Assembly: GCF_006345805.1 (NCBI RefSeq)
Contig: NC_043018.1
Coordinates: 5,022,001-5,086,000 of the forward strand
Origin: Octopus sinensis
Taxonomy: Eukaryota
Length of the DNA: 64,000 nucleotides
Direction: 5' to 3'
Made by a program: the position numbers and the translations under genes. How positions within the stretch are numbered: the first letter of the stretch is position 1; each line of letters begins with the position of its first letter. Shown piece after piece: positions 1-13,973 of the stretch. Below the pieces are notes generated by a model, which saw only the letters and a program-made list of their open reading frames with translations, was not told the DNA's origin and ran no database searches.

Positions 1-560
1 GGAGGGGGTAGTCGATTAGATTGACCCAGTAAGCAACTGGTACTTAATTTATCGATCCCGAAAAGATGAAAGGCAAAGTCGACCTCAGCGGAATTGGAAC
101 TCAGAACGTAAAGACAGACGAAATACCTATTTCTTTATTACCCACAAGGGGCTAAACATAGAGAGGACAAACAAGGACAGACATAGGTATTAAGTCGATT
201 ACATCGACCCCAGTGCGTAACTGGTACTTAATTTATCGACCCCCCGAAAGGAATGAAAGGCAAAGTCGACCGCGGCAGAATTTGACCTCAGAACGTAAGG
301 ACGGCCGAAATAGCTCACCGCTTTACCCGGAACAAATATCACAAGGCATTTTGTACGACGCTCTAAACATTCTGCTAATATATTGCCTTCACAATAATGG
401 TTTGTAATATAAGCAAAAGCACAGCAATTCGACTGGTACTTGGCTTCATCGACTCATAAAGGATGAAAGGCAAAACTGACCGTGGAATGATTTGAAAGCA
501 AAGAACAGGATGAAATACCACAAGGTATTTTGTATACCTTTCTAACGATTCTGCCACAAC
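1..560 (-). mobile_element. Cluster of three tRNA-derived SINE family A copies (dimer plus a partial monomer)
   Basis: Reverse complement of the family A body (gagttcaaattccgccgaggtcgactttgcctttcatcctttcggggtcgataaattaagtaccag) occurs three times. The central domain resembles the MetaSINE Meta domain from memory, not verified. Confidence 0.85.
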
Positions 561-715
561 GTTACTTCCTTAAAGACAACAGCATGTGGTTTGAGGAAGA
601 TTTGATTGCTATTTCTAGCAAGTAGAACGACCATGCAGTGGCCTCCTTGCCAGCTTGTTGTTACTGTTGCTCACACGGTTAATTGTTAGCGTGGCTCTTA
701 ACTGGTGCTGCAGAT

Positions 716-1302
716 GTTGTTGTTGTTGTTGTTGCTGTTGTTGTTGGCGTGTTACGCTTGTTATTGTTGTTGACACCGTTCATTTTGGAGTTGTTGTTGT
801 TGTTGTTGTTACTGTTGTTACCATTAGCAACCGAGAACCATGTCTCCGGGATGCTGTCATCATACGGTTCAGTGACACTTCTGATAAAAATCATTGAAAT
901 CACACACACGTACACACACACACACACGCACACACACACACACACTCACACACACATGTACACTCACACACACGCACACACATGTACACACACACACACG
1001 CACGCACATACACACAGACACGCACGCACACACACATGTACACACTCACGCACACACACGTACACACGCACACACGTACACATACACACACGCACACACA
1101 CTCACACACACCACACACACACGTAAGAACATCATCCAATGCCCTTTCCAATTTCTACTGCAACAACGCCACAGTTCACTGCAATCATCTTCACTGTCAT
1201 CATCATCATCATCATCATCATTGTCGTCCTCCGTCGTTGTCATCATCATCACCAGCAGCAACAACATTATCATCATTATCATTGTAAACATCATCTTCAT
1301 CA
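716..1302. repeat. Compound microsatellites (TTG)n, (CA)n, (CAT)n
   Basis: Directly visible; these explain the ORFs at 655-1534. Confidence 0.95.
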
Positions 1303-1811
1303 TCCGTGCAGCACCAGTAGCAGCATCAGCAGCAGCAGCTGCAACAATGTCCGCTTTGCGTGAGTGCGGGAGTTTGTGTGATAGGAATAGAGAAGGAAAA
1401 AGAAACAGTGTGAGAGGGGGAGAAATAAACGGAGAGACATAACGAAGAAAAGAGAGAGAGAAGGGAAAGAGAGAGAGAGAGAGAGAGAAGGGAAAGATTG
1501 CTTGCCATGAGTGTCGAAGTGGTGTGTAACTCACCCTCTCCCATCAACCCCCCCCCCATGTGCTACAGTACCTAAACAAGATACCAAAACCCATGGCCTT
1601 ACTTTACGCCACCAAGCACCGCACAAGACTTAGAATGTTCTACTCCGTACCCCAGAACACCAAACCCCCACGCACCCTACGACACCTCCCTCTCGACCAT
1701 TTCTTGCCTGTCCATCCTTTTCATCCCCATTTTACTGCATCCTCAGAGCAATTCGACGCATATAGAAAAAAATCCTACCGTATTTTTATAATTAAATGTT
1801 ACTGATTTCAA

Positions 1812-2012
1812 ATTTTGGCTCCAGGCCAGCAATTTCGGGGAAAAGGGCAAATCGATTACATCGACCCTAGTACACAACTGGTACTTATTTTATCGACCCC
1901 GAAAGGATAAAAGACAAAGCCAACATCGGCAGCATTTGAACTCAGAACGTAATGATGGACGAAATGCCGCCAAGCATTTGGCCCAGCCTGCTAACCATTC
2001 GGCCAGCTCGAT
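1812..2012 (-). mobile_element. SINE family A monomer
   Basis: tRNA-like A/B boxes plus the family A body on the minus strand. Confidence 0.8.
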
Positions 2013-2149
2013 GTCCTATTTTTATAATTAAAGGTTACTAGGAAATGCATTAAAAAAAAGACAAATCAAAATATTTTGTGTCTTATGAAAGTATAAGTCA
2101 CCTCTTTTATTATACATCCCATGATCAAAATTGGCCAGAGACTAAACAA

Positions 2150-2760
2150 TAAACACAACACCACTACAAGAAAACATGAACTGATCTGCTAAAAATAACC
2201 ACGAAATTCCTTCCAAATTACAAGATACTATTTTAGAAATGGAAGAGACATTGGATAATGAAGTTCTAGATCTGCTGATGCTAAATCCAGTGTGTACCTG
2301 TAAGACCAGACCAGCCCTGGGCTTGGTATGGGAGATCAGAGATAATACGGGCTCTGTCAAATATATAAAATGAATATAGGTGTGTCAGCAACACCGACAG
2401 GACCTTACTAACCTTTGGTAACCGTTCTGGGTCTCCAGGGTGTCTGGGTACAAGTTTCATAAGCCTCTGAAATCCGTAGTCTATAGTCGGTTCTGTTAAG
2501 GCTGCATTCCCGAACGGGAAAAGATAAATGTTTATGGCAGAAGGTGAAAATTATGCATTTCAATATACACGTATACATATAGACAACACACACACGCACA
2601 GTTTAAAAACTGTATAGTAAATGCACAGTCGAACGGAAAACAGTCCCCAACTCTTCATCAGAAGGTCAAAGACAATTTCGCGCCTTTGGCGATAACATTG
2701 TTTCCCTTCTGGTGGCAACCGACAAGAAGGCTGCTGGGAGATATGGGACCAAAACATAAC
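2150..2760 (+). pseudogene. Possible highly decayed Penelope-like RT/linker fragment
   Basis: Broken frames give EMEETLDNEVLDLL and [15 protein letters not shown], weakly like PLE FTxExE..LxFLD and TxVYRKPT motifs. Segment 2660-2760 recurs at about 19980-20100. Confidence 0.3.
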
Positions 2761-2841
2761 AGAACGAGACGGGCAATAATAACTGGATAAACATGTGCGT
2801 GTGTGGTGTGTGTGTGTGTGTGTGTGTGTGTATCTCTTATA

Positions 2842-3025
2842 TTTTACTTGTGTCAGTCGTTAGACTGCGGCCATGCTGGGGCACCGTCTTGAGGAATTTT
2901 AGCCAAATGAATCAACCGCAGGACTTAAAGCACGGTACTTATCCTGTTGGTTCTTTGGCTGAACCGCTTAGTAACGGGGCGTAACACACCAACACCGGTT
3001 GTTAAGCGGTCGAGGGAGACAACAC
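2842..3025 (-). mobile_element. SINE family B, 3' half
   Basis: ttttacttgtgtcagtcgttagactgcggccatgctgg is the reverse complement of the family B tail. Confidence 0.8.
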
Positions 3026-3073
3026 ACACCATTCAAACGCACTCTCAAAGATATACACACAAGCATACCCTTA

Positions 3074-3420
<347 letters not shown>

Positions 3421-4102
3421 AAAGAGAGATGTAATATATACAAAACGTGTATTGATCGTAGGAGTAAATACCTTTGACGAATGAAAGTTATTAGTTAAAA
3501 AAAACCAACCATAACAACGTCAATACCTACATTATGCATATGTATGTATGTATGTATGCATACATATATCAGTTTGGACAACAAATACAGAAAACAGTAA
3601 ATATAAATGCCAAGCAAAACAAATGCTTGATTTATTGAAACTAGTTTTTGTTTCCAGAGAAGGTAAACAAATACCTAACTGCATGGAGACCAACTCCAAG
3701 TAAGAAAAGGGAAATAATCACAAGGAATCAACAATCAACCTCCCGAATTAACATGCTGCTCAAGTAAAGACAATCTGTTAATTTATTTTCTTTTCTTTCA
3801 TTTTCTGGAGATTGGCGGAAATCAAGAAAATAATATGGCTGATATCTTCATATACTTTCAAAATTGATGACGAGTCCAACACTGAATACATATTTACTCA
3901 TTAAAACATCGAAGCACATCTACATAGACGTACACAGACACAAATCATTATATAAATATACACTAACATAAGTACATATACAAAGATATACGCGGTCGTA
4001 GACATATATACACAAATACACCTATACGCAGATTCTCTCTCTCTCTCACAACACACACAGATACACACAGTACAGACACACGTATACGGAAACACAGAAT
4101 CA

Positions 4103-4202
4103 NNNNNNNNNNNNNNNNNNNNNNNNNNNNNNNNNNNNNNNNNNNNNNNNNNNNNNNNNNNNNNNNNNNNNNNNNNNNNNNNNNNNNNNNNNNNNNNNNN
4201 NN
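4103..4202. other. Assembly gap (100 N)
   Basis: Run of 100 N. Confidence 1.
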
Positions 4203-4337
4203 AGTCCGATAGAATAAGTACGGGCTTACAAAGAACAAGTCCTGGGGGTCGCTTTGTTCGACTAAAGATGGTTCTCCAGCATGGCCGCAGTCAAATGACA
4301 CACAAGTAAAAGAATAAAAAAAAGTAATGGTTTAAAA

Positions 4338-4541
4338 TGTTGGCATGAGGCCAAAAATATCGGGGGAGGGGTAAGTCAATTACTTCAACCCCAGCATTCA
4401 ACTGGTACTTTATTTATCGACCCCGAAATGATGAAAGGCAAAGTTGACCTCGACGGAATTTGAACTTTGAACGTGAAGAACCGGAATAAATGCTGCTATG
4501 CATTTTGTTCGATGCGTTAATGAGTTCTCCAGTGCGTGGCC

Positions 4542-4587
<46 letters not shown>

Positions 4588-4595
4588 GTAATAAC

Positions 4596-4637
<42 letters not shown>

Positions 4638-4660
4638 TATCATATAATAAGAGTAATAAC

Positions 4661-4696
<36 letters not shown>

Positions 4697-4984
4697 TAAT
4701 AATAATGAGTATACAATAATATATAATAATAATAATAATAATAATATAATAACAATAATAATAATAATAATAGCTTCAAATTTGGTCACAAGGCCCACAA
4801 TTTCAGGGCAGAGGAGGGAGGTAAGTCGATTACATAAACTCCAGTACTCAACTGGTTCTTATTTTATCGAACCCGAAAGAAGGTAAAGTCGACCTTGGCG
4901 GACTTTGAACTCAGAACGTAAAGATGGACAAAATGCCGCTAAGCATTTTACCCGGGTGCAAACGATACTGCCAGCTTGTCGCCT

Positions 4985-5045
<61 letters not shown>

Positions 5046-5160
5046 GCTAATAATAATAATAATTGGAACCGCTAGAATACGGAGTATTGCCTTAGTTCAC
5101 TGGTAGTGAGCATCTGACACCATAGTACATCTCCAGCGTTAGAAGCTGTGCACGACAATA

Positions 5161-5191
<31 letters not shown>

Positions 5192-5267
5192 CTTAATAAT
5201 ATAATATAATCATATTTTATAATAATAATAATCTATAATTATAATAATAATAATGATGATGATGATG

Positions 5268-5305
<38 letters not shown>

Positions 5306-5343
5306 TATTATTATCATAATAAAATAATGATGATTGATGATAC

Positions 5344-5394
<51 letters not shown>

Positions 5395-5399
5395 TGATG

Positions 5400-5444
<45 letters not shown>

Positions 5445-5447
5445 GTA

Positions 5448-5496
<49 letters not shown>

Positions 5497-5700
5497 TGAT
5501 TATGATAGTTGGTTCAGGTTTTGGCTGAAGGCTAGTAATTTGAGGGCAAATTGATTACATAGACTTGGCTGCTACTTTATTTTATCAACCCTCGCTGGGA
5601 TGAAATGTAAAGATGATCTCGGCGGAATTTGAACTCTGAACGCAAAAGTGCCTGAGCCAATGCAATATGACATTTTCCGACGTTCTAACGACTCTGCTAT
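4338..5700 (-). mobile_element. Three SINE family A copies (about 4338-4541, 4776-4985, 5518-5700) interleaved with (AAT)n and (CTA)n tracts
   Basis: Family A body on the minus strand three times, separated by long AAT/CTA microsatellites. Confidence 0.8.
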
Positions 5701-5959
5701 CAGTGTTGTCAAACTATCGGCCCTCCTACTTGACTAGTACTATATTTTCGTCGAAACCAAGAAGAAGATGATAGTGGCGCTGATAGTGATGGAAAACGGG
5801 GGCATATACAGTGAGGATGGGTGAAGAGGAAGCCCATAATACCGAGAAGAGAAAAATGAAGCGCCACCTACCTCTCCAACTACACATTCCTCACCGTCTG
5901 CGCACTATAGCATCCACTTCACCCCAAAAAAACCCCACCACAACAGCCACAACCACCAT

Positions 5960-5967
5960 CACTACTA

Positions 5968-6058
<91 letters not shown>

Positions 6059-6360
6059 CTGCAGTGAACATTTAACCAACAATAACTACAAACTCTCCGA
6101 CGATCATACTAACCACCACCACCGCTACCACTAGCCCTAAATCCCGCCCGCCCCACTCTATTGCACAATCCACCACAACTACTACCACCGCTACTACCAC
6201 CACCACCACTGGCCACAATCACACCCATCAACCATCAAAACCACTACCACCACCATTACCTAACTTACGCACACACAGTCACACACAACTACCACCACGA
6301 TCAAGCAATAACCCCCCCCCACACACACACATACTACACATTGTAATCTGTGCTCCACCC
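5960..6360. repeat. (CTA)n/(CTG)n and degenerate (CCA/CAC)n microsatellite
   Basis: Directly visible. Confidence 0.9.
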
Positions 6361-6407
6361 CTCCACAACAAACACATACTACGGTTACCTACCACTAATA
6401 CCTGGAA

Positions 6408-6786
6408 GCACTCCGTCGGTTACGACGATGAGGGTTCCGGTTGATCCGAATCAACGGAACAGCCTGCTCGTGAAATTAACGTGTAAGTGGCTGAGCACTC
6501 CACAGACACGTGTACCCTTAACGTAGTTCTCGGGGATATTCAGCGTGACACAGAGAGTGACAAGGTCGGCCCCTTGAAATACAGGTACAACAGAAATAGG
6601 AAGTAAGAGTGAGAGAAAGTTGTGGTGAAAGAGTACAGCAGGGATCACCACCATCCCCTGCCGGAGCCTCGTGGAGCTTTAGGTGTTTTCGCTCAATAAA
6701 CACTCACAATGCCCGGTCTGGGAATCGAAACCGCGATCCTATGACCCCGAGTCCGCTGCCCTAACCACTGGGCCATTGCGCCTCCA
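6408..6786 (-). mobile_element. SINE family C, near full length
   Basis: Minus strand reads ggaggcgcaatggcccagtggttagggcagcggactc...tttcgattccc (tRNA-like A/B boxes). Its tail is shared with 56875-57060. Confidence 0.85.
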
Positions 6787-7391
6787 CACCACTAATACCC
6801 CCACCAATACCACAAACACTTCAACTACTACCCCCACCATCACCACCCGTAATATATACAAATACACACACACACACAATTAACTTAGCAACTAATTACA
6901 GAAGTATGTATTAACGTGAACAACACAACTTCGGACTAAATCTGTTGTGAGTCGGGACTAGTTTAGTAGGTATGTTGTTGTTGTTGCTGCTGCTGCTGCA
7001 CTGTGACGTTGCTGTATTGTTGTGATGCTTTTCTCGTAGTTGTTACGTTGCTGTGATGATGTGAAGTTGTGCTTCACATTTTTGGCGTCGTTGTCCCGCT
7101 CTTGCATTGTTGTGCTGTCGATGATGTGTGGCTGTGGTGTTTATAGTGTTGTTGATGTATCATACTGCAGCCCGGCCCCGATTTAGACCTAATGGATCCC
7201 CGAGGCAAACAGCTTTTGAGGACCCCCAACGATTTTGTTAACTGCAAACGTAATAAGATGATAATGTGTGCCTCTTTAGATCTAGGGGTTCCAGTTTGAA
7301 AAGGCATCAAAATTCAATGCTTCGGTGAATTCAGAGGGATTCACATATGCTGGCCTTTTAAAACCTATAAGGGCACAAATCTAAAAGAGGA

Positions 7392-7775
7392 TTCAAAAGT
7401 TTGCGTCCCAACGACAAGGTTCCGGGTTCAGTCCCACTGCGTGGTACCTTGGGCAAGTGTCTTCTATTGTTAGCTTGGGTCGACCAAAGCTTTGTGAGTG
7501 GATTTCGTTGACGGAAACTGAAATAAGCCTATTATGTATGTATATATATGTGTGTGCGCGTGTGTGTCTCGCACCACGGCTTGACAACCTGTGTTGTTGT
7601 GCTTACGTCCCCGTGATATAGCAGTTCGGCGAAAGAGACCGATAGAATAAGTACCAGGCTAAAAAAGAAAAGGTAGGGGGAATAATAATTATTTTGCGTC
7701 GATTCTTTCGACTAAAAATTCTTCAAGACCGTGCTCCAGCATGGCCACGGTCTAATGACTAAAACAAGTACAAAA
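7392..7775 (+). mobile_element. SINE family B
   Basis: ggttccgggttcagtcccactgcgtgg head, TA/TG linker and ccagcatggccacggtctaatgactaaaacaag tail. It may interrupt a degenerate hAT-like MITE (about 7167-7945). Confidence 0.85.
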
Positions 7776-9377
7776 AAATCGATAAAATTAAAAAGAAATT
7801 ACAAATCATTTATTTGATTGTTGTAAATATACTTTTTCAAGTTTTACCTTCAAGGTTTAGGCTGCTTTGAGTTAAAGCTCCTCCGTGCTAGATTGAGGGT
7901 TCCCTGGATTAAGGTCCTTGCATAAATCCTGGCCCCGACTACAATAGCGTGTTCTAGTGTTGTTGCTGTGTTGCTGTTGTGGTACTTGGATCGTGGGGTT
8001 GTTTTTAGCCCCCGGTCATTGCTGAGTCACGTAGACATTTCATACCCCTAACGCCGAGGTCGACTTTGCCTTTCATCCTTTCGGGGTCGATAAATTAAGT
8101 ACAAGTTACGCACTGGGATCGATGTAATCGACTTAATCCCTTTGTCTGTCCTTGTTTGTCCCATCTATGCTTAGCCCCTTGTGAAAGAAATAAGTAGACA
8201 TTTCATACCCTCTTGTCTGTTTTTGGCTACACTATACAATGTATCATTCCTTTTTATGCAGACTGTTGGGTGGACTTTGAAGAATGTTCGGCTGCTGTTT
8301 CTAGAAGAGTTAGTGACTACATAAAGGCTTCTTTGATGCATTTTTTTTGGGGGGGGGGGGTATGGTGTATGCGTTGTAGCTGAGTGTCCTAGTGTTTGTG
8401 GTGTTGTACAAATGTGGTGAAATGGTTATGTTGTAGTGACGGTGTAGTGTAGGGTATGTGTGGTAGTAGCTGTGTGGAGTAGGGTCCTTTTTGTAGTAGT
8501 TGAGCAGCGTTGTGTATGTTTGTGTTACAGTGGTGGTGTAGCGTGTTGTTTGTGTTGTAGTTGCTCTGTGGTAGAGTGGCTGTGTTGTAGTATTGTAACT
8601 GATGTTGTTTACTGAGCGGACACCATCAAAAGCGTTCCCGACATGTCCATCCCATTTTAATAGATACCTATGCCTAAAATATCCAAATTCATCCTTTCCG
8701 TTTTTGAAAGGTGTTAGAGTGGGATATGAGGGAGATTTAGCGGTTACTTCCAGCAAATCCATTCGACCGTGTACAGCGAAAGCTGCCAACCTTTTTTACA
8801 ACCAACAGCCACCTTTCGTTTACATCAAATTTCCCATTTTTCTTAGGCTTTTCAAATAAACTTGTAACAAGCTCTCAGACCCTCAAGATGTCCACGGATC
8901 GAAGATAGGAAACTGCTTGCGTAGAGGCTCCTTCATGTGATTGTATTAGTAGCAAAGTTTAGTAGCACTCATGTTGTTGTTGTTGGTGATGATGCTGCTG
9001 TTCCTTAACCCATGAATCAACAGATCTAGCATCAAATAGAGATATTTCATTTTATCCGTCTTTCAAGCATGAACTGTTCAATGTCCTTTCTTTCAAAGGC
9101 GATACTCTGTGATTTGAGGTAGATTTGGCTGCTATTTCTACAGGTAGGGCGCCCGAGAGAAATTTGACAAAGTGTAACAAAACTCAAAACTACTCTCTCA
9201 AAATTAAGGACGCTTAGCAATACTCTTTTATTTAGGGGAGTTAACCTAGAAAATAATCACGGGGACCCATTTTGGCTCTCTTGGCTGAGGAACCTTCATA
9301 GGACCCTGTCTGCGGATCAGGTGTCTGTGCAAAGGCTCCATTAGTGTTGATGTTAATGTCTTTGTTCTTATTTACTA

Positions 9378-9766
9378 CCATAAGGGCGTCGAGCTGGCAG
9401 AATCGTTAGCGCGCCGGGCGAAATGCCCAGCGGCATTTCGTCTGTCTTTACGTTCTGAGTTCAAATTCCGCCGAGGTCGACTTTGCCTTTCATCCTTTCG
9501 GGGTCGATAAATTAAGTACCAGTTACGCACTGGGGTCGATGTAATCGACTTAATCCCTTTGTCTGTCCTTGTTTGTCCTCTCTGTGTTTAGCCCCTTGTG
9601 GGTAGTAAAGAAATAGATATTTCGCCCGTCGCTAAGTTCTGAGTTCAATTCCGCCAAGGTCGGCTTTGCCTTTCGGGGTCGATAAATTAAGTACCAGTTA
9701 CGCACTGGGGTTGATGTAATCAATTATTCCCCTCCCCCAAATTTCTTGTGCCTAAAATAGAAAGGA
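9378..9766 (+). mobile_element. Dimeric SINE family A, possible 10-bp TSD
   Basis: Two tandem family A bodies; ttatttacta occurs at 9368-9377 and 9767-9776. Confidence 0.85.
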
Positions 9767-9790
9767 TTATTTACTATGGTATAAATGCCC

Positions 9791-10002
9791 TTTTTATCTT
9801 TCATGTGTTCCAGTCTGCGGCCATGCTGGGGCACTGCCTTAGAGAGATTTTAGTCGAATGAATCGATCCCAGCACTTATTTATGTATCTTTTTTCTTTTA
9901 TTTTTTAGAACTGATACTTATTCTATCGGTATCTTTGCCGAAACCGCTAAGTCACGAGGAGGTAAACACACAAACACACCCACGCTGTGGTGATGGGGAC
10001 AA

Positions 10003-10037
<35 letters not shown>

Positions 10038-11030
10038 GACGAACTTCTTTCAGTTTCTCTCTACTAAATCCACTCACAAGGCTTTGGTCGGCCCAAAGCT
10101 ATAGCAGAAGACATTTGCCCCGCAGTGGGACTGAACCAGGAACCATGTGGTTGGGAAGCAAGTTTCTTACCACACAGGCTCGTGTGACTGGGTTAACTTT
10201 GCATTTCATTGTCCTGGGATCGATAAAATAACGAAGAACTTGTAATTTACAAAGAATCGATAAAAGCCAATATCAATATCCCCTTCAAATTCCCGACCCC
10301 GAGATCTTTATAGGAAACGAGGATTCCTCGTTGGATGACTGTCTCCTTTGAGGTTCCAGGTTCAAATTCGACTCGTGAGGTTGTTAAAACAGTAACAGTC
10401 AAGTACAGGAGGGCGGTGATAATATTAACCGATAGCTTCCTCTTTCTTTGAGCTTTCGACTCTGAAATGATACTTTCTAATGTAAGGCTCGAAGGAAGCG
10501 GGTTAGTCAATTAGATCGACCTTGGTGGAGCCGGATGATATGCCGCTTAGCGTTTTGCTCGGCCAGCTCACCGCCGCCTTATCATCTGGAAATTAGAAAA
10601 CAGAAATAATTTGTCACCGTCTTTTATCTTGTACTTGTTTCTGTCATTTGACTGCGGCCATGCTGGGGCACCGCCTTCAAGAATTTTTAGTCGAATTAAA
10701 CAACTCCACTATTTTTCTTTTCTTTTAAGCCTTTTACTTATCCTATCAGACGGTTTGCCGAACCGCTAAGTTACGGCGACGGAAACACACCAACACTAGT
10801 TGTCAGACTGTGGTGAGGACAAACAGATACAAAGACACTCACGCACGCAACACACACACAACATATACAACGGGCTTCTTTCAGTTTCCGTTCACCAAAT
10901 CCCCTCACAAAGGTTTGTTCGGTCTGAGGTTATAGTAGAAGACACTTGCCCAAGGAGTCAAGCAGTGGGATTGAACCCAGAACCATGTGTTTGGAAAGCA
11001 AGCTTCTTACCCCACAGCCACTCCTGTGCC
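9791..11030 (-). mobile_element. Two SINE family B copies (about 9791-10182 and 10620-11030)
   Basis: Both carry the full head, CA linker and tail on the minus strand. Confidence 0.85.
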
Positions 11031-11224
11031 TAATGCTGTTTATTTCTCTCTTTCTCTCTCTTTCTTTCTTATCTGATTTTGTGTCGGTGGCGGTTCTCAT
11101 TGTTGGCGCTACATCAACTTCAATGAAGCTGTCCAGCATTTCAGCTTGTTTTTAGACGATGGAATTTGAAGGAAAATTTGACTGATCAGTTCTTTATATT
11201 ATCAAAACTTGTACGATGAAAGGT

Positions 11225-11590
11225 AAAATTAAGCCATCGGACAAGAAGAGATCTCCATCCAGCCCGGTTGTGGGCTCGGCTATGAATCTGCTCCAAGGCT
11301 TGGACCATATCTTTCTACGCAGTCCTCAATAAGGTCTTGACAGATCTGTCTCGTTTCCTACGCCTCTGCCCTCCACTCAAGAGAAACCCCCATTGGTCAC
11401 TTCATAGCCATGTGCATGCTCGAGTATCATTTTTTGCCGCCGCGCAGCCACGATCCCTTACTGGGTCCTCCCCTTGACCCTTTCCATGTTTTCTTCTGTT
11501 GTGACGTGATTCCGCCAGGAGATCCTCGCCGTAGTGTTATGGCAATATCTGTGGAAGATATCTTCGTCTTTGCTGCCAGTTACTTCGTTA
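11225..11590 (-). pseudogene. RTE-clade LINE ORF C-terminal remnant
   Basis: Minus frame FHRYCHNTTARISWRNHVTTEENMERVKG...IVAARRQKM resembles the RTE motif FHxxCLRxIxxISWxDHVTNEEV...RR. Confidence 0.65.
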
Positions 11591-11666
11591 CTCGACCATT
11601 TTATAGACGAGAAAAATGCGATGACGACAGAATGAACGAATAAACGATGATCTTATGAAATGCATT

Positions 11667-11747
11667 GGCTTACAGTTGTTTCTGCAATAAGATGCTTCGG
11701 ACTCATAGTTGAGTGCCTGAGTAACACCTTATAGCTTCGTCAGAGTC
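11667..11747 (-). ncRNA. Type I hammerhead ribozyme-like motif (long stem II family)
   Basis: GACU CUGACGA AGCUAUAAG...CUUAUUGCA GAAA CAACUG UA AGCC. Same family as the motifs at 46697-46908. Confidence 0.55.
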
Positions 11748-12524
11748 TCGAATATGAAGTGCAATTTATTCGTTTATTCCTTTGTCATCTCATTTTCTCA
11801 TTACCGCTCTCTTCTCGACTAATGCTTCGTTTTGAAGCACACCCACGTTGAGTTCTACACCAGGTCTTGCAATGCGCAAGCGAAATATATATATATATCT
11901 ATGGTCCATGTAAATGTTCGGAGAGCCCAAGGAGTACTTGGCTGGTTGAGTATTCCGTAGATACCAGTGCTTCCTAATGTAATCTTTACGAATCAACTTG
12001 ACAAAAGTCTGTGCCATTTAACAGTCTTCAGCAGAGTTTCCATTAATTCGAATCAAAGTGCAGCCATTGGGCTGTGGCCATGCTGGTTTACGTTCTGAGT
12101 TCAAATTCCGCCGAGGTCGATAAAATAAGTACCAGTTGAGTACTGGGGTTGATGTTATCGCTTTACCCCCTACCCCACCCCAAATTTCTGGCCTTGTGCC
12201 AATATTTGAAATCAATATTTCAGTGCATAAATGAATATGTATAGACCTGGAGGAATACATACACAAATGTGATTGTTTTTCATCTCGAGTAAAATAAATT
12301 TTATGATTTCATCAACGAAGCCAGCCTCATCCAGTCTGCTCCTTCACTCCACCCCCACCATCGATAATATTAACCGTACAACATTCATTAACCCCCCCCC
12401 ACCTCCACACTTAATTATAGACTTATAGACTTTGTACAACGTAGCGAACAGAAGGTGATCTGTTGAAATGATCCGCGTAATCCGCTGGTCACACTCCACT
12501 ACACCTAACACACAAATACGTGTG

Positions 12525-12553
12525 TGTGTGTATATATATATATATACAATATA

Positions 12554-12586
<33 letters not shown>

Positions 12587-12603
12587 CATACATTTATGGC
12601 ATG

Positions 12604-12635
<32 letters not shown>

Positions 12636-12637
12636 CG

Positions 12638-12674
<37 letters not shown>

Positions 12675-13045
12675 ATATATATATACGTATATATAATAAA
12701 TATATGAACGTACTTAAATATATAGTATATAATATACGTATGTATATATATATATATATATATATGTATATACATATATTATATATGCATAAACATGTAT
12801 ATATTGCATATGTAGATATATACCTATGCATATATATGCATATGCATATATTATATAACATATGTATATAATGCATTTGTATATATGTATTTATACATGT
12901 ATATGCATATATGCATATGTATATATAATTGCATATGTATATATGTATGTATATATAAATATATATATATTTAGATGTATATATATGTACATATACACAT
13001 CAGTAAGTATGTATATTTGGACTTTATATATGAATATGCATATAT
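12525..13045. repeat. Compound (TA)n/(TACA)n/(TATG)n microsatellite
   Basis: Directly visible. Confidence 0.95.
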
Positions 13046-13686
13046 GATGGAAATGTGTGTGTGTGTATGTTTGGAGAGTAAAAGTAAGAGAGAGAGGGAG
13101 TGAGGGAGTGGTTTGAAGAAAGAGACATTCGCATATTCATACACCACACACACACACAACTCGCACACCCATAACCATTTATTCATAAAGACACACATAA
13201 TTTAAATAATGAACTCAATGCGGTTAATCCGATGTATTTTATATTATTCAGTCAAAGCTTACAATTTATCATTTCCGTTCTCAAACGAACTTCATCAAAG
13301 CTTAATGTTCTGAAAGTAATAAAAATAATTGTTTTATATACGCGGCGGAAAATATATGTAAAAAAAAGTTCTCGGGAAAATAAATGAATAGATAAAGGTA
13401 TGAATGTATTAAAAAGTGGGTGGAGTTAGAGGTGAGACCGTAATTCTACATAACATCGAGGCACACAGAGTGGCTACAGTTTAAATTATATGTTTAGAAT
13501 AAATTATATTTTATTTTATAGAAGAAAAGTGATTAAAAGTGGAGAGGAGATGCGACTTAAATCAGTGATAAAATCAAAGCATAATGTTAAGAAGACTACC
13601 TCGGTATCGACATACATACATGCATGCACACACACTCACATGCACCACATATGTATGTGTTATGTGTGTGCGAGCGTGCGAGCGTG

Positions 13687-13753
<67 letters not shown>

Positions 13754-13782
13754 ATCTATATATTTATATATATATATGTAGT

Positions 13783-13836
<54 letters not shown>

Positions 13837-13842
13837 TATTAT

Positions 13843-13873
<31 letters not shown>

Positions 13874-13973
13874 TAGATTATATATATATAGGAAAAACAA
13901 AAATAAAACTGCTACAACGAAAGGGGAAAGGACATACACGGACTAACAGAGACCGTAATCGTCCGGAAGCAGC

